A stretch of 64,000 nucleotides of DNA. It comes from Bacillota bacterium. Its GTDB lineage: Bacteria > Bacillota > Clostridia > Christensenellales > CAG-138. The position numbers and the translations under genes are program-made. The notes beneath the pieces were generated by a model, which had not been told where the DNA came from, ran no database searches, and worked only from the letters and a program-made list of their open reading frames with translations. The stretch is from contig JAEWUO010000003.1 of the NCBI GenBank assembly GCA_023459335.1, forward strand, positions 3,361-67,360, read 5' to 3'. How positions within the stretch are numbered: position 1 is the stretch's first letter; every line of letters begins with the position of its first letter. Shown here one piece after another: positions 16,767 through 25,344 of this stretch.

Positions 16767-18020
16767 TTAACCGATGTTGCGGATGGCAACGACGGTATGG
16801 TTCTTTCTGGATTCCTCCGCTGCAAAGCAGATCAGGTGGCTCTGGATCGCGTCGCGGATCGTGCTCGACACCGCGCTCTCGTCGCCTGATTCCATGCGCA
16901 CGAACGCCGCGATGAGGCCCATATCCCCGCCGCCGTGCCCGTCTCCCATGCCGCCCGGCGGGGGAAATTCGCTCGTACGGACGGAACCGTCCCGAAAGTT
17001 CGTCACCTCGATCGTCTCGTCCGACATCTTGGCGCGGATCTCGCCGTGCGAACCCATGATGTGAATCGTCCGTCCGTGCCGGAAGTCCGTAAACGCGGAG
17101 ACGGTCATCGTCGCCGTCACACCGCCTTCGAATTCCAGCACTGTGGACTGGTGGTCGACTACGTCGTTGTCGCAGCGGTAAACGCAGCGGCCGTACGGCC
17201 CTTCCCGCAGGGCTTTCATCCGCCCCGCCATGCTGATATCATCCGAGATCGCCGAGACCGGCCAGCCGGTGAGAAACGGAATCAGATAGAGCCGCGTTGC
17301 GCTGTACGGGCATGTGGCAGCCACTTTGCACTCGAGACAGCGTTCCGCGCTGCCCTCCGGCGCGTTCTCCGCTGTAAAGTGCTTAAGACTGCCGAAGGAG
17401 GCGACGCGCAGGCAGTCCTTGCCTACGAGATACAGGAGAATATCCGCGTCGTGGCAGCTCTTGGCGAGGATCATGGGGCTCGTCTCGTCTTCCCGCCGCC
17501 AGTTGCCGCGCACAAAGCTGTGCGCCATATGCCAATATCCGATGTTTTCGCTGTGTGTGATGTTGACGACGTCCCCGATCTCGCCGCTGTCTATGATCGC
17601 CTTGAGCGTCATGAAAAAGCGCGTATACCGAAGAACATGGCACACCGCCGCGCGCCTGCCCGTGCGAAGCGACGTTTCGTAAATGCGCCTGAGTTCCGCT
17701 TCCGTCTTCGCGATGGGCTTTTCGAGCAGTACGTCGTAACCTTTTTCCATGGCAAGACACGCGGGGTCCACGTGCTGGTTATCCTGCGTCGCGACGAGCA
17801 CCGCGTCCGCTTTAATCCCCGCCGAGAGCGCCTCCCGCCAGTCGAGGAAGACGGCGTCTGTCGGCACGCCGTATCGCGCGGCAAATGCGTTTCTTCGCGC
17901 TTCGCGGGGTTCCGCAACGCCGGCGATTTTGAGCTGATCCGGCGCATAGAGGGCGAACGGTGCGTAGGCATCCATGCCTCGCGCGCCCGCGCCGAGAACG
18001 ATCATGCGAACGGGGTTCAT
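16767..18020 (-). CDS. Gfo/Idh/MocA-family oxidoreductase
   Basis: Rossmann motif IVLGAGARG and EKP motif (LLEKPIA). I prefer ATG 18020 (AAAGGA RBS) over TTG 18038. Confidence 0.85.
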   Translation of the reverse strand: MNPVRMIVLGAGARGMDAYAPFALYAPDQLKIAGVAEPREARRNAFAARYGVPTDAVFLDWREALSAGIKADAVLVATQDNQHVDPACLAMEKGYDVLLEKPIAKTEAELRRIYETSLRTGRRAAVCHVLRYTRFFMTLKAIIDSGEIGDVVNITHSENIGYWHMAHSFVRGNWRREDETSPMILAKSCHDADILLYLVGKDCLRVASFGSLKHFTAENAPEGSAERCLECKVAATCPYSATRLYLIPFLTGWPVSAISDDISMAGRMKALREGPYGRCVYRCDNDVVDHQSTVLEFEGGVTATMTVSAFTDFRHGRTIHIMGSHGEIRAKMSDETIEVTNFRDGSVRTSEFPPPGGMGDGHGGGDMGLIAAFVRMESGDESAVSSTIRDAIQSHLICFAAEESRKNHTVVAIRNIG

Positions 18021-18125
18021 ACGAATGATTCCTTTCAAAGCGCATCAATGCCGAGCAGCTTGTGTACACAAGCCGTCTGCATTCAGTTTAGCACGATGCG
18101 GGGGAAATGCAAGGCGGTAAGGCTG

Positions 18126-18155
18126 CAAAAAATCCGGCATATTTGCTATGCCGGA
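18126..18155 (-). terminator. Rho-independent terminator
   Basis: Reverse strand reads TCCGGCATA-gcaaa-TATGCCGGA followed by TTTTTT, 19 nt after the stop at 18174. Confidence 0.75.
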
Positions 18156-18173
18156 TGATCGTTGCGCTTTTTG

Positions 18174-18422
18174 TTATACGAGATCGTTCCTGCGGACTTT
18201 TCCGGATGCCTCTCGAGCCAGCGGCAGACCGACAACATAGATTAATCCGATGATGTTGAAAAAGAACCCTGTGAAGAAGTAGCCGCGATAGCCTTTTTTG
18301 CCCGCCAGCTTCGCGGTCAGGATGCCGTAAATAATCATCGGAACCAGTGCAAGAAGGCTGATCCAGATACCGTAGCTTGTGAAAAATGACTGAATCGTCT
18401 GGAGCGAGGTGTTGATGTCCAT
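18174..18422 (-). CDS. Small membrane protein (82 aa), unknown function
   Basis: Two hydrophobic helices. GGAGG-like RBS (reverse strand AGGGAGGAACCGAA before the ATG). Confidence 0.55.
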   Translation of the reverse strand: MDINTSLQTIQSFFTSYGIWISLLALVPMIIYGILTAKLAGKKGYRGYFFTGFFFNIIGLIYVVGLPLAREASGKVRRNDLV

Positions 18423-18593
18423 TTCGGTTCCTCCCTGTTTTTTTCTTACATCATAGTCAAATTTCCCAATCCGGTCAACTGTTTGTTACGCCGTAACGCA
18501 TTGGCATTTGATATGCTGTTAGCAGAATATAGTGATCATCAAAATTAAAATACTATCCTTTCCAGCATGCTGCGACCGGTTCTATTCATACGG

Positions 18594-19070
18594 CTATTCA
18601 TTGAGCGCATGTTCCCTTTTTAGCTTGCGCCGTTTGAGCAGCAGCTGAATGATGCCATACGACAGAAATGCGAGAAAAAACGGATGAAAAACGCCGATGA
18701 ACGCCTCGATTGCGCGCGCACCGTCTTCCAGCACCTTCGGCAGATAGAGCGCGGTATACATCACGCTGAGGCCTTCGAACACCCCGATCAACGCGAGGAT
18801 CCGGTCGAGGTGACGGATTCGGCAGCCGTAATCGGAATATAGATCGAACGTGCCGAGGCTTTTCTTTTTCCGAAAATAGACCCAGCGCATGATGGCCCCT
18901 ATGGGTTCCGCGCCGGAGCCCTCGATAAAACGGATGTATTGTTCGCTCTGCGCGTGCGTCGGGAGGTTTTCCAGTAGCTCGAGCCGCACGGTATACTCCA
19001 CCGGCTCACGCTCTTCAAACGTATAACTGCAAAAGCCGACGGAAGCGAGCGCAATTACCTGCGCCGCCAT
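18594..19070 (-). CDS. Hypothetical protein with C-terminal TM helices
   Basis: I prefer the start at MAAQVIALASV (19070). The track ORF from 19133 would overlap the racemase gene. No family recognised. Confidence 0.5.
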   Translation of the reverse strand: MAAQVIALASVGFCSYTFEEREPVEYTVRLELLENLPTHAQSEQYIRFIEGSGAEPIGAIMRWVYFRKKKSLGTFDLYSDYGCRIRHLDRILALIGVFEGLSVMYTALYLPKVLEDGARAIEAFIGVFHPFFLAFLSYGIIQLLLKRRKLKREHALNE

Positions 19071-19104
19071 CTCGTTCAACCAGCGTTCTTCCTGCAGGTT
19101 GCAG

Positions 19105-19797
19105 TTATTCTTCCAGCGCGAACCGGGCCGCACGTTTCGCGTGGATCACCGTCGTATCGAAGAGCGGGAGTCTTACATCCGCCTGAGAAACGATCAGCCC
19201 CAGTTCCGTACAGCCCAGCAGGATTCCCTGCGCGCCGCGGCTGACGAGGCCGCCGATGATACGCAGGTATTCCGAGCGCGATTCTTCTTTGACGATGCCG
19301 AGGCAAAGTTCCTCAAAGATTACACGGTTGACCAGATCGATGTCGTCCCCTTCCGGTATCAGCACTTCTATGCCGTGCGCGGTCAGCCGATCACGGTAAA
19401 AATCCTGCGTCATGGTGTATTTCGTGCCTAAGAGCCCGACTCGGGTTACACCGTCGGCAAGCAGAGCGTCCGCCGCCGCTTCGGCGATATGCAGAAGCGG
19501 AACGCGGATGCGCGCCTGAACCTGCGGGGCGACCTTATGCAGCGTGTTTGTGCAGATCAAAACGCAGTCCGCCCCCGCGCGTTCCAGCCGCTGCGCGACG
19601 CCGCCGAGCAGGTCCGCCGCCTGTTCCCAATCGCCCGCGGACATCAGCGCCTCCACCTCATAAAAATCGACGCTGTAGAGCAGCAGTTTCGCGGAATGCA
19701 GACCGCCAAGGCGGTCTTTCGCCGTTTCGTTGAGCAGCTGGTAATATGTAATCGTACTTTCCCAGCTCATGCCGCCGATCAGTCCAATCGTCTTCAC
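19105..19797 (-). CDS. Aspartate/glutamate racemase-family protein
   Basis: KTIGLIGGMSWEST and LGCTELGLIV motifs containing the two catalytic-Cys-region signatures. A GTG start at 19797 forms a GTGA overlap with the GNAT stop. Confidence 0.85.
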   Translation of the reverse strand: MKTIGLIGGMSWESTITYYQLLNETAKDRLGGLHSAKLLLYSVDFYEVEALMSAGDWEQAADLLGGVAQRLERAGADCVLICTNTLHKVAPQVQARIRVPLLHIAEAAADALLADGVTRVGLLGTKYTMTQDFYRDRLTAHGIEVLIPEGDDIDLVNRVIFEELCLGIVKEESRSEYLRIIGGLVSRGAQGILLGCTELGLIVSQADVRLPLFDTTVIHAKRAARFALEE

Positions 19798-20312
19798 GCC
19801 TGTTCCTCCCACTTTTCATTTGTTTGCGCCGCACGCGCCGTGCCGGACAGCCGTTCCAGCGCATCGCCGGAAACGCGGTAGATCGTCCAGTCGTCCAGCG
19901 GAACCGCGCCAAGCGAACGGTAAAAATCGATGCTCGGTTGGTTCCAGTCAAGGCACGCCCACTCAAGCCTGCCGCAGCCGCGTTCCCGCGCGATCTGCGC
20001 GAGACGGGAAAGGATCGCCTTGCCGTATCCCCTGCCACGGTATTCCGGAAGCACGAACAGGTCCTCCAGATAGATTCCGGCTTTTCCAAGAAAGGTTGAG
20101 AAGTTATGAAAGTAGAGCGCGAAGCCGACTTCTTTTCCGTCCTCCAAAATGAAGAACGCCTCCGCGACATGTTTCTCAAACAGCCACTCGCGCAGCAGTT
20201 TCTCCGTTGCGCACACCTGATCGAGCATCTTCTCATATTCCGCGAGCGCGCGGATGAATCTTAAAAGAAGCGCGGCGTCCTTATCTTCGGCAAAACGAAA
20301 CGAAGCTGACAT
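19794..20312 (-). CDS. GNAT-family N-acetyltransferase (SSAT/diamine acetyltransferase-like)
   Basis: 172 aa, LPEYRGRGYGKAIL acetyl-CoA motif. Confidence 0.85.
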   Translation of the reverse strand: MSASFRFAEDKDAALLLRFIRALAEYEKMLDQVCATEKLLREWLFEKHVAEAFFILEDGKEVGFALYFHNFSTFLGKAGIYLEDLFVLPEYRGRGYGKAILSRLAQIARERGCGRLEWACLDWNQPSIDFYRSLGAVPLDDWTIYRVSGDALERLSGTARAAQTNEKWEEQA

Positions 20313-20364
20313 AGGTCTCCTTCAACTGATACGGTATGTTTTCCTTGTGTTTTCTGCTTTATAT

Positions 20365-20394
20365 GAAAAAAGCCGGTTACGTATGTAAACGGCT
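20365..20394 (-). terminator. Rho-independent terminator downstream of tRNA-Arg
   Basis: Reverse strand reads AGCCGTTTAC-ata-GTAACCGGCT (one mismatch) followed by TTTTTT. Confidence 0.65.
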
Positions 20395-20408
20395 TTTCGA
20401 TTTGATAC

Positions 20409-20484
20409 TGGCGCGCCTGGCAGGATTTGAACCTGCGACCTACCGGTTCGTAGCCGGGCACTCTATCCACTGAGCTACAAGCGC
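20409..20484 (-). tRNA. tRNA-Arg (anticodon ACG)
   Basis: 76-nt cloverleaf folded by hand: GCGCTTG acceptor, D-arm GCTC-AGTGGATA-GAGT, anticodon loop CTACGAA, T-arm GCAGG-TTCAAAT-CCTGC, encoded CCA. Confidence 0.9.
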
Positions 20485-20508
20485 ATGCCATACCTTTCGT
20501 GCTTGCTT

Positions 20509-20537
20509 ATTCTAACTACTCTCGGATAAATTGTCAA
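20509..20537 (-). promoter_or_regulatory. Candidate promoter of tRNA-Arg
   Basis: Reverse strand reads TTGACA (20532-20537), a 17-nt spacer, then TAGAAT (20509-20514), about 25 nt upstream of the tRNA 5' end. Confidence 0.55.
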
Positions 20538-20662
20538 GCCTTGTACGATAATTCTTATGCCGACGCAGGATGATTTCGCCTTGCTTTTTCAGCGTTTTGT
20601 ACGAACTGGTTTTGTTTCCGATGTTCGTCGGTTTGCGGTTCCCTCAAACAATCAACGGATTT

Positions 20663-22351
20663 TCAGTCTGCAAATCTGCTTTTTTCGAATGGAATCGGAG
20701 CCGGATATTCAAAAACTTTATAATACTCATCGGTATAGACTTCTTTGCCGCCCTGAAGAATCGGATATTCTTGCCAATCCGTGCTGAACTCTTTAAAAAT
20801 TATAAATGTTTTGCCCGAATGATAATCGATGTCCCAGAACGCCTTCTTTGTATTCGCAAAACTGTAGGTAATATCGGGCGGTTCGATGATCGCGCATACT
20901 TCGACTTTTCCATCCGTCAGCTCCGTCACGATGCTGCTGTCCCAATAATTTGCGTAACCGAACGTATACCCGTTCCGCTCCAGAAACTTTGCCACGGGTA
21001 AAATCTGCTGCACCTGATCGATATTGCTGGAGGTTAATCCTTCATACTTCGTCGCATAATTTTCGGGTTTGTTGACCAGATAGTTGGTCGTGACAAATCC
21101 GCTCAAGATAAATCCGGTCAGTATGATCAGCGCGCATACTTTCGGCATACGGATTCTGTAATTCGGAAATTCGTCAATCAGGATCGCAAGAAGCGGCATG
21201 ATCGCAATATAGATCGGCGTACTGTAGTGGATGAAATAGTTGGTCGTAATCAAAAACACCATCGTCTGTACGAGCAAAGTGCCGAGGAAAAACGTCGAGG
21301 CGTAATGTTTTTCATAATTGATGTCCTTGTTTTTTCGCGTAAAGTACCATATGGAAAATCCCAGCAGAATAAAAAGCGATAAAACCGCAAACAGGGAACA
21401 AACGCCCTCCACGGAAAACAGATGCGCGCCGGATCGGTACCCCAGCATGTTCAGAAGATCGTTGCATTGTTTTTCGAATTCGCCAAGCGAAAGTTCAAAC
21501 GTCTGCAGAGAAAAATACGTGCTGAACCCGAAGAATTTTCTCAGTACCAGAACATTGGTTGCTATGCCAAGCCCGTTGGCAAGCGTTCCGAATATGGAAA
21601 GCAGCAATCCCCTGCCTTCCGCAGAAGCGGATGCGGAGCGAAACAGGCCTCGCAGCAGCTTTGCATGATCCTTTTTCTCTTCGGAAGCGAAATCCCGAAA
21701 CGACGGCGAACGCAGATAAAGAAACAAACTCAACAGGAGTGACGGCATGATGCAGATATAAAACAGCCGCATCCCGTTGAGGCCGCTTACAAGGCATAGG
21801 GCCAGATAAAGGGCTATGCTGATCAATCGGCCCGCCTTTTTTCTCATCTGCATTTTTGCCGAATTCAACAGCAGCCCGACAATGAGGAACATGAGAATAA
21901 AGTGAAACGTATAATAGCCGTGCAGCAGCGTGATGCGGGAGTAGGTGACGCTGACAGGCAGCAGCAGCGCAGTCGCGGAATAGAAGAACGCATTTCTGGA
22001 CAGCTTTGTCTGTCTGCATAAGAACCAGTATGCACTCGTCAGCAGCGCCTGTAATGTCACCATGCCGAAAAAGCGCACAAGCCTCCAGCTGCTGAAGAAA
22101 TGAAAAAAGAACGAATAGATCATCTGCATATTAAACAAATGCAGTTCCGTATAATATCTCCAGCCGGTCGAAACAATTGCATGCTCCTGCGCAAGAAAAT
22201 TCGACAGCACCAGAACACTCGACGCATCGGCGTCAAGAATATTGCCCGAGGCATAGTAAGTAAGCCAAATCACCCAACCCCAGCACAGAATAAAAAGAGC
22301 GACCGGAAAAACACTGGAAAATCTGAATGCCGTTCGAAATTTGCGTTCCAT
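20663..22351 (-). CDS. Polytopic membrane protein with C-terminal extracytoplasmic domain, putative GT-C-like glycosyltransferase
   Basis: I prefer the start at MERKF (22351, GAGG RBS). About 12 TMs, an acidic first-loop motif NILDADASS, and a roughly 150-aa soluble C-terminal domain. The gene is visibly AT-richer than its flanks. The family call is tentative. Confidence 0.45.
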   Translation of the reverse strand: MERKFRTAFRFSSVFPVALFILCWGWVIWLTYYASGNILDADASSVLVLSNFLAQEHAIVSTGWRYYTELHLFNMQMIYSFFFHFFSSWRLVRFFGMVTLQALLTSAYWFLCRQTKLSRNAFFYSATALLLPVSVTYSRITLLHGYYTFHFILMFLIVGLLLNSAKMQMRKKAGRLISIALYLALCLVSGLNGMRLFYICIMPSLLLSLFLYLRSPSFRDFASEEKKDHAKLLRGLFRSASASAEGRGLLLSIFGTLANGLGIATNVLVLRKFFGFSTYFSLQTFELSLGEFEKQCNDLLNMLGYRSGAHLFSVEGVCSLFAVLSLFILLGFSIWYFTRKNKDINYEKHYASTFFLGTLLVQTMVFLITTNYFIHYSTPIYIAIMPLLAILIDEFPNYRIRMPKVCALIILTGFILSGFVTTNYLVNKPENYATKYEGLTSSNIDQVQQILPVAKFLERNGYTFGYANYWDSSIVTELTDGKVEVCAIIEPPDITYSFANTKKAFWDIDYHSGKTFIIFKEFSTDWQEYPILQGGKEVYTDEYYKVFEYPAPIPFEKSRFAD

Positions 22352-22511
22352 TTTAACCTCAGCTTTTTTACGTGATTTTTTAATCCGGGGCGAAATGAAT
22401 CGCCGTACATCATTGATCCATATCATTCAAAATACGCGCCGGCTCCCTTCGCGCTTCGTGCCGGCGGCATTTGGTTACGGGATTGATCTGTGCTACAATT
22501 TCTTAGGAAGG

Positions 22512-23255
22512 TCAAATGCACCGTCCGCCGTCCACGCTGAGCACCTGTCCCGTGATGAACGAGGATTCCTTCGTCGCAAGGAACAGCACGGCGGATGCTA
22601 TGTCTTCCGGCGTGCCCGCCCGAAGCAGCGGCGTTTCCCCGCAGATATCCGCGATCGTTTCCTCCGGGAATTCCGCGGTCATGTCGGTGAGCACAAACCC
22701 GGGAGCCACGCAGTTGACGCGGACGCCGCTGAATGCAACTTCTTTTGCGAGCGCCTTGGTGTAGCCGATCACCGCCGCCTTGGACGCGGAATACGCGACC
22801 TCGCAGGAACCGCCCGTAACTCCCCACATGGAGGAAACGTTCACGATCGCGCCGCGCTTTTGCGAGATCATCTCAGGCAGCACGGCGTTGGTGACGAGAA
22901 ACATCCCCGTCGCGTTCGTCTCCATCAAGCGGTTCCAGTCCGCAAGCGAAGTGTCGGTAACGAGCTGCGTCGGCAGCGCGACGCCCGCGTTGTTGACGAG
23001 CACGTCGACGAATCCGAGCTGTTTGCGGACGCGGCCGACCATCTCTTTTACCTGCTGTTCATTCGTAATATCGCCCTGCGCGAGTATGACGGAACAGCCG
23101 GAAGCGGCCAGTTCGTCGAAAAGCGCGCGCGCCGCATCTTCCCGCTCGCGGTAATGGATCGCGACACGGTGCCCTTCCCGGGCGAACCTGCGCGCGATGC
23201 CCGCGCCGATCCCGCGCGAGGAACCCGTGATCAATACCGTATGTTTCATACGCAT
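22512..23255 (-). CDS. SDR-family oxidoreductase (FabG-like)
   Basis: TGSSRGIGAGIA, NNAG, and YSASKAAV (YxxxK) motifs. Confidence 0.9.
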   Translation of the reverse strand: MRMKHTVLITGSSRGIGAGIARRFAREGHRVAIHYREREDAARALFDELAASGCSVILAQGDITNEQQVKEMVGRVRKQLGFVDVLVNNAGVALPTQLVTDTSLADWNRLMETNATGMFLVTNAVLPEMISQKRGAIVNVSSMWGVTGGSCEVAYSASKAAVIGYTKALAKEVAFSGVRVNCVAPGFVLTDMTAEFPEETIADICGETPLLRAGTPEDIASAVLFLATKESSFITGQVLSVDGGRCI

Positions 23256-23272
23256 ATTTTAGCAAACCGGCG

Positions 23273-23370
23273 GCTTCAGCGCAACGCGCGCGTGCAAGCC
23301 GCACCTATCTATTGTGTTATTCTCTGAATATCGATCAAGCTTCAGCGCAACGCGCGCGTGCAAGCCGCAC
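23273..23370. repeat. Two perfect 32-bp direct repeats separated by 34 bp
   Basis: gcttcagcgcaacgcgcgcgtgcaagccgcac occurs at 23273-23304 and again at 23339-23370. Each copy contains the 10-bp palindrome ACGCGCGCGT. Confidence 0.9.
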
Positions 23371-23381
23371 AAAGGACGGAT

Positions 23382-24212
23382 ATGGAACAAAAAACGCTTT
23401 ATCTGGGCTGCCATCTGAGCAACGCGAAGGGTTACGAAGCCGCCGGGCGCGTCGCCCTCTCGATCGGCGCGAATACGTTTCAGTTTTTCACGCGCAATCC
23501 CCGCGGCGGCGGTGCGAAAGCGATCGACCCGGCCGACGCGGCGGCGCTCATCGCGCTCTGTCGCGAAAACGCCTTCGGCACGCTCGTCGCGCACGCGCCG
23601 TATACGCTCAATCCCAGTTCGTCGGACGCAAAGGTGCGCGATTTTGCTTACCGCTGCCTCGGCGAAGACATCGAACGGATGGAAAACTTCCCCAATCAGG
23701 TATATAATCTGCACCCCGGCAGCCACGTCGGACAGGGCGTTCCGGAGGGAATCCGGCGGACGGTCGCTCTGCTCAATGAACTTTTGACCTCCCGGCAGAC
23801 CGCGACGGTGCTTCTGGAAACCATGTCCGGCGGCGGTTCGGAGATCGGCGGTACGTTTGAGCAGATCGCGGAACTGCTCTCCGGCGTCGCGCGGCAGGAT
23901 AAAATCGGCGTCTGCTTCGACACCTGCCATGTGTTTGCGGCTGGGTACGACGTGCGGAACGATCTCGACGGCGTGCTCTCCGCATTCGACAGGGTCGTCG
24001 GATTAAAACGGCTCCGCGCGCTGCACCTCAACGACAGCCTCTTTGGCCTAGGCTGCGGCAAGGACAGGCACGCGCGCATCGGCGAGGGATTCATCGGGCT
24101 GGACGCTCTGCGCGCAATCACGCATCACGAGGCGTTTTCCGGACTGCCGATCATCCTCGAAACGCCGAACGAACCGCCCGGCCATGGTGAAGAGATACGG
24201 CTTTTACGCTAA
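23382..24212 (+). CDS. nfo: Deoxyribonuclease IV (endonuclease IV)
   Basis: Nfo signatures ANTFQFFTRNPRGG, HAPYTLN, NLHPGSH, FDTCHVFAAGYD. Start at MEQKTLYLG with an AAGGA RBS. Confidence 0.9.
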   Translation: MEQKTLYLGCHLSNAKGYEAAGRVALSIGANTFQFFTRNPRGGGAKAIDPADAAALIALCRENAFGTLVAHAPYTLNPSSSDAKVRDFAYRCLGEDIERMENFPNQVYNLHPGSHVGQGVPEGIRRTVALLNELLTSRQTATVLLETMSGGGSEIGGTFEQIAELLSGVARQDKIGVCFDTCHVFAAGYDVRNDLDGVLSAFDRVVGLKRLRALHLNDSLFGLGCGKDRHARIGEGFIGLDALRAITHHEAFSGLPIILETPNEPPGHGEEIRLLR

Positions 24213-24216
24213 AAAA

Positions 24217-24234
24217 AGCCCGTCAAAACGGGCT
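24217..24234. terminator. Hairpin terminator between nfo and the convergent GT operon
   Basis: AAAAAAAGCCCGT-caaa-ACGGGCTTCT. Confidence 0.65.
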
Positions 24235-24246
24235 TCTAAATACATG

Positions 24247-25344
24247 CTAGTCCCGGTTGAAAACCTCCGCGTGCGCGCGCGCCATCGCCTCCACGGTATA
24301 TCCCCGCACGGTCGACAAGCCCGCTTCGGCGATACGCCTCCGCAGCGATTCGTCGTTCAGCATGCGGTTCACGCGTTCGGCAAGCGGTTCCCAGACGTCT
24401 GTGGGGATGAGGAAACCGTTTTCGCCGTCCCGAATCATCTCGCAGCCGGCAACGCAGCCCACCGTCGTAACGACGGGAACGCCGTTTGCCATCGCTTCGT
24501 TTACGACCAGTCCCCAGACGTCCTCGCGCGTCGGAAACGCGAACACGTCCGCAGCGCGGTAGTATTGTGTCAAGGTATCGCGTTCGCAGAACGAAACGAA
24601 ATGGATATTCTTCAGATCGTTCTGGCGGATGATCTCCAGCCATTCATCCAGAGGGTTGCCGCCGATGATGTAGATACCTGTATCCGGCGGAAATTCGGCG
24701 GCCGCGCGGATCAGCAGATCGAAGCCTTTCCGCATGACCGGTTTTCCGACGCTCAGCACCATGTTTTTATACGGAATTCCCAGCGATTTTCGCAGCGCCA
24801 GCTTTTTCTCCGCGGCGAGTACGCCGGAAACCAAATCTCGCTCCGATATCGAAGTAAACGGATACCGCACGATCATTTCCCGCGAAACGCCGAACTCCGT
24901 CAGGAATTCATCGGTTCGCCTTCCGGTGCTCCAATACCGCTTTGCTCCTCTGATCAGAATTCGTTTGGCTGCGTGCAGCAGCGGGTTTTCCTTCCGATTG
25001 ACTCCACCATCCAGCTCCATTTCATATGGAATTTTTCTGAGCTTCAGCGCGAGAATCGCGGCAGCTTCAGTAAAATAAGCGTAATTACTGACAATGACTG
25101 TGTCAAATTGGCCGCGCTTTAAATAGCGGAGCACGCGCCAGTCTATGTTGCGCTCGCGAATATGTCCCTCGCGCAGGAACACCGCGCGGAATGTCCGAAT
25201 GTCCTTCAGATTGTAATTAAATACCGTAAACGGCGTTGTTTTCGCTTCGAACAGCGCGGTTAGTTCCACATATTTACCGAGCTCGTTAAAAAAGTCGATC
25301 CGGTAGGGCGCAGGTATGTTATTGATAAAAAGTACTCTTTTCAT
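24247..25344 (-). CDS. Glycosyltransferase family 4 (GT-B)
   Basis: C-terminal EX7E-type motif PTREDVWGLVVNEAMANGVPVV. Confidence 0.85.
   Translation of the reverse strand: MKRVLFINNIPAPYRIDFFNELGKYVELTALFEAKTTPFTVFNYNLKDIRTFRAVFLREGHIRERNIDWRVLRYLKRGQFDTVIVSNYAYFTEAAAILALKLRKIPYEMELDGGVNRKENPLLHAAKRILIRGAKRYWSTGRRTDEFLTEFGVSREMIVRYPFTSISERDLVSGVLAAEKKLALRKSLGIPYKNMVLSVGKPVMRKGFDLLIRAAAEFPPDTGIYIIGGNPLDEWLEIIRQNDLKNIHFVSFCERDTLTQYYRAADVFAFPTREDVWGLVVNEAMANGVPVVTTVGCVAGCEMIRDGENGFLIPTDVWEPLAERVNRMLNDESLRRRIAEAGLSTVRGYTVEAMARAHAEVFNRD

Noticed and set aside
16935-18158. 407-aa plus-strand ORF
   Set aside because: It is antisense to the Gfo/Idh/MocA oxidoreductase gene, which has clear Rossmann and EKP motifs.
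23259-23930. 223-aa minus-strand ORF containing a repeated peptide CGLHARVALK
   Set aside because: The peptide repeat is simply the translation of the two 32-bp intergenic DNA repeats. The rest of the ORF is antisense to nfo.
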